Positions 61,327 through 64,000 of a DNA stretch of 64,000 nucleotides are shown piece after piece. Origin of the DNA: Thalia democratica (Eukaryota); NCBI GenBank assembly GCA_965202585.1, contig OZ241826.1, positions 87,978,001 through 88,042,000 of the forward strand, in the 5' to 3' direction. Position numbers and translations under genes: made by a program. The notes beneath the pieces were generated by a model. The model did no database searches. It saw only the letters and a list, made by a program, of their open reading frames with translations, and had not been told where the DNA came from. Numbering within the stretch: position 1 is the stretch's first letter; each line of letters opens with the position of its first letter.

Positions 61327-63531
61327 TCAGATACCGAGCTGCTCCTTCCACTTATCGATCAACTGACTGTTGACGGCCGAACCGCCGCAAACGACCACCA
61401 GTATATTCTTATCGCCAGGTGTCAGTATCGAGTCGAGTGTGTTGTTGTGCAGCGGAGCGAAGCAGCAGGAGCAGGCAGGTTCCACCAGTGTTCTTTCTTC
61501 GTCTGTGGGTGAAATATTAACTAAGTTTGATTAGATAATCTCTATATATATATATATATATATATGACTTGTACATAAGTTGTTTTTAAAATAGGCTAAC
61601 TAAATTTATTCAATTTTATTTGAAACGTCATAATGTGTGATTCTTTAAAATTTTTGATATTTACTATATTTTTATTTCTGAAGATATGTGTTAAACATTG
61701 AAGCTGAGTAAATGATACGAAAATTAGTTGTTTTATTATTATTATAAATGTGTATATATATATACGCTACACTAAGCACAAGTACAGCTTCAAACACGAA
61801 AAACATAAAAATACGACAACTTTATCGCAGTACACATGGTTGCCACTGATCAAGCTGAGAAAAATTTCCTGACTTTTCTTGACTTTTCTAATTCAAACTC
61901 TTAAATTAAACTTATTCTAAAATACATAATCTAACACTTGAAACTATATAAAGCTTTCAATCTAATTTTAATACAGGTTAAAAACAACAGTTTTTTGCTG
62001 AATTCTATCATCAAACTTCCAGTACATCACTTAAACCATCTGTGTATGATTGATTATTAGCAAATCTAGATGCTTAAATTACATTTAAATTCAACAAAGA
62101 CTGGCTTGTGCTACTAAAGCTTTCAAACAAAGTTTAAATAAGTTAAGTTTTTATTTCTTCAGGAAAAATTGATGTTTTTTTTAATATTTAGAAATTGCTA
62201 TCTGTTTTTTCAAATTAATACAATAGAACTATCATTAAGTAGTGCCAGCAAGTAATCAATCTGAAAAACAAGTTTCCATGATAAATTTAAAAGTAATAGG
62301 GTTAATAAATATTACATTAAAAGAATTTTATTTTTGCAAAATATATAATATAACTTTATTATATGTTTTGGTTTTAAGAAAACAAATAGAGAGATTTCAA
62401 CTGCTGGAGGAGAAGTAATATATTTATTCTTTCAAAAATTTATTTTACTTTAATTCTAAAATAAATTTTTAAAAGAATAAATGTTTATAATATAACTTTC
62501 AATATAAATTTTAAAAATACTGATGATACACCTTTAAATTTATATGTGTGAAATGTTTTTGTCTCCCATATTAGAAAAACTAAAAATACACCTTAAACAA
62601 AATACTAAGATAAAAACTTTTAAAGTTGAAGCTTTGCATCATTCGCTATCAACGAATTATGATATCTAAGTCATAGAAGTAAAGCAATAAAAATTTTAAA
62701 TGCTTTATATTAGAATTGTTATTGAAACAATCAATATAAACAAACCGGCAAATTTAATCAGTGATTCAACAGCTTGCTTGTCGGTAACTCTGATCGGAAT
62801 AACTCCGTACTCAATTGCTTCCTTCAGTGTTGTTGCGCTCACTCTCTTCGCTCCCAAGCTCTTTGCTATGCTGTTATATATTTGAGTGTATCAGTCGTAT
62901 ACTTTATACTAGGGTGTTAGAAAAATGAAAATTGCAGGTTTTCAGCTGCCAAAAATTTTGCATTTTCAAAATCTTACGAAAACACCTTGTGCGAAATTTT
63001 AGATGACTAAAAGAAACATTTCATAGGCCACATTTTATACAAAAATCTCAAAATAAAAGAGAAGCAGAGTTAATCTAAAAATAGTTATATTAAGAAAAAA
63101 AACTACTAATATAAAATAAAAATAACATGCTAAAACATGCAAACTGATTCGTTCAAATTTTGCATCAGGAAAAAAGTTATAACAAGAAATAAACAAAACT
63201 TAATATTAAATTAAAAATTAAAACCTAAATTAAATGCAAGCCTGTGTAATTTTTAACTTGAAAAGTGAAAACAACCTGGATATTTGCGGCAACGTGACGA
63301 GTTCCTTCTTCTCCATGGCCCGGTACAAGCTGTCGGCGCCGTGCGTTTCCACGGCGACCACCCTGGTGCTTGTCCACCCCCTGGCAACCAGGCCCCGCAG
63401 CACCCCGCACAGCAGCCCTCCCCCTCCCACCGAGCACACTATGACGTCGGGCCGTGACGTCAGCTCGTGGACGATCGTCGCGTTTCCGTTGAATATCTGC
63501 TCGTCGTCAAACGGCGGTATGTACCACGTCA
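61327..63531 (-). CDS. SDS: L-serine/threonine dehydratase (SDS/SDSL family, PLP-dependent), last three exons; 5' part beyond the right edge
   Basis: Exons 63276-63531, 62746-62870, 61327-61502 (phases 2 and 1, TGA stop). Motifs PPFDD..I..G, SVGGGGLLCG, VVAVET.GA, SIAKSLGA..V, LVEPAC, VVVCGGS are diagnostic. SDS versus SDSL cannot be resolved by eye. Confidence 0.95.
61543..61564. repeat. (TA)11 microsatellite in the last SDS intron
   Basis: Read directly. Confidence 0.95.
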
Positions 63532-64000
63532 CTGGATAATTTATTTATTATTTTATTATTATTATATTGATTTATTATGTTTATTATCGTTTGTTAACAA
63601 AATATCCTGTTGAAACAAGTTCACTGGGATATATGATAATAACAAATTATACAATATCCTTCTTTTATTACACTGACACACGTTTTGTGTGTGTGTTAAC
63701 GGATTACACACTTCAATGTTTTATAACAGCCGGATTTAACATCAAGTATTTCATCTATTATTAACCATTAACCTATAAAAATCAATAGCAATTAAATATA
63801 TTTTAATGAACACAATTATACACCTACTTTAGCTTCTATTCTTTCCTTACAGAATTTATTTTTTTACAGAGTTCCGTTGAAGTGTGTTAATCCGTTAACA
63901 CACAGAAACATGTGTTAGTGTAATAAAAGAACTATGCTGTATAGATTTTTATTATTAATTATTTATTATTTGTTTATTTTTTCTACAAAACACTGATTTT

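Noticed and set aside
63225-63539. ORFs 63234-63539 (+) and 63225-63437 (-)
   Set aside because: Antisense and alternative-frame by-products of the GC-rich SDS exon.
1-64000. CRISPR arrays, operons, rRNA genes or prokaryotic defence systems
   Set aside because: None seen; all genes have spliceosomal introns, and tandem repeats lack unique spacers.

Overview
Eukaryotic, very AT-rich animal genomic DNA with no prokaryotic features. A tunicate or other invertebrate chordate is plausible (vertebrate-like TLE exon layout, chordate-type cofilin C-terminus) but unproven. Five intron-containing genes were built by hand with reading frame and splice phase checked at each junction: (1) a divergent Groucho/TLE co-repressor (minus, 7465 to beyond the left edge; one linking microexon not pinned down) whose GP region carries a 12-aa Q/N-rich coding repeat; (2) an unrecognised 278-aa protein made of two tandem copies of a ~135-aa domain (plus, 21767-24075); (3) a small spliced zinc-finger gene resembling a transposase N-terminal finger (minus, 35133-34840); (4) a divergent ADF/cofilin with an acidic tail (plus, 44824-51430); (5) the 3' part of a serine dehydratase SDS/SDSL gene (minus, 63531-61327, continuing beyond the right edge). 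Also present: four scattered tRNA loci (Ala-CGC, Gln-CTG, a T-stem-damaged Glu-CTC, a Thr-derived pseudogene); a young Penelope-like retroelement (RT + GIY-YIG, one homopolymer frameshift, pseudo-LTRs, two minimal hammerhead ribozymes, inverted tail); many hAT, Tc1/pogo and foldback MITEs; and a candidate spliced non-coding transcript behind an NF-kB-like site. The most notable observations are the orphan tandem-domain gene, the dominance of GTTAGT 5' splice sites (10 of 20 modelled donors, none GTAAGT), the remodelled Groucho, and decayed duplicates of splice sites around cofilin exons. No database searches or folding programs were run.
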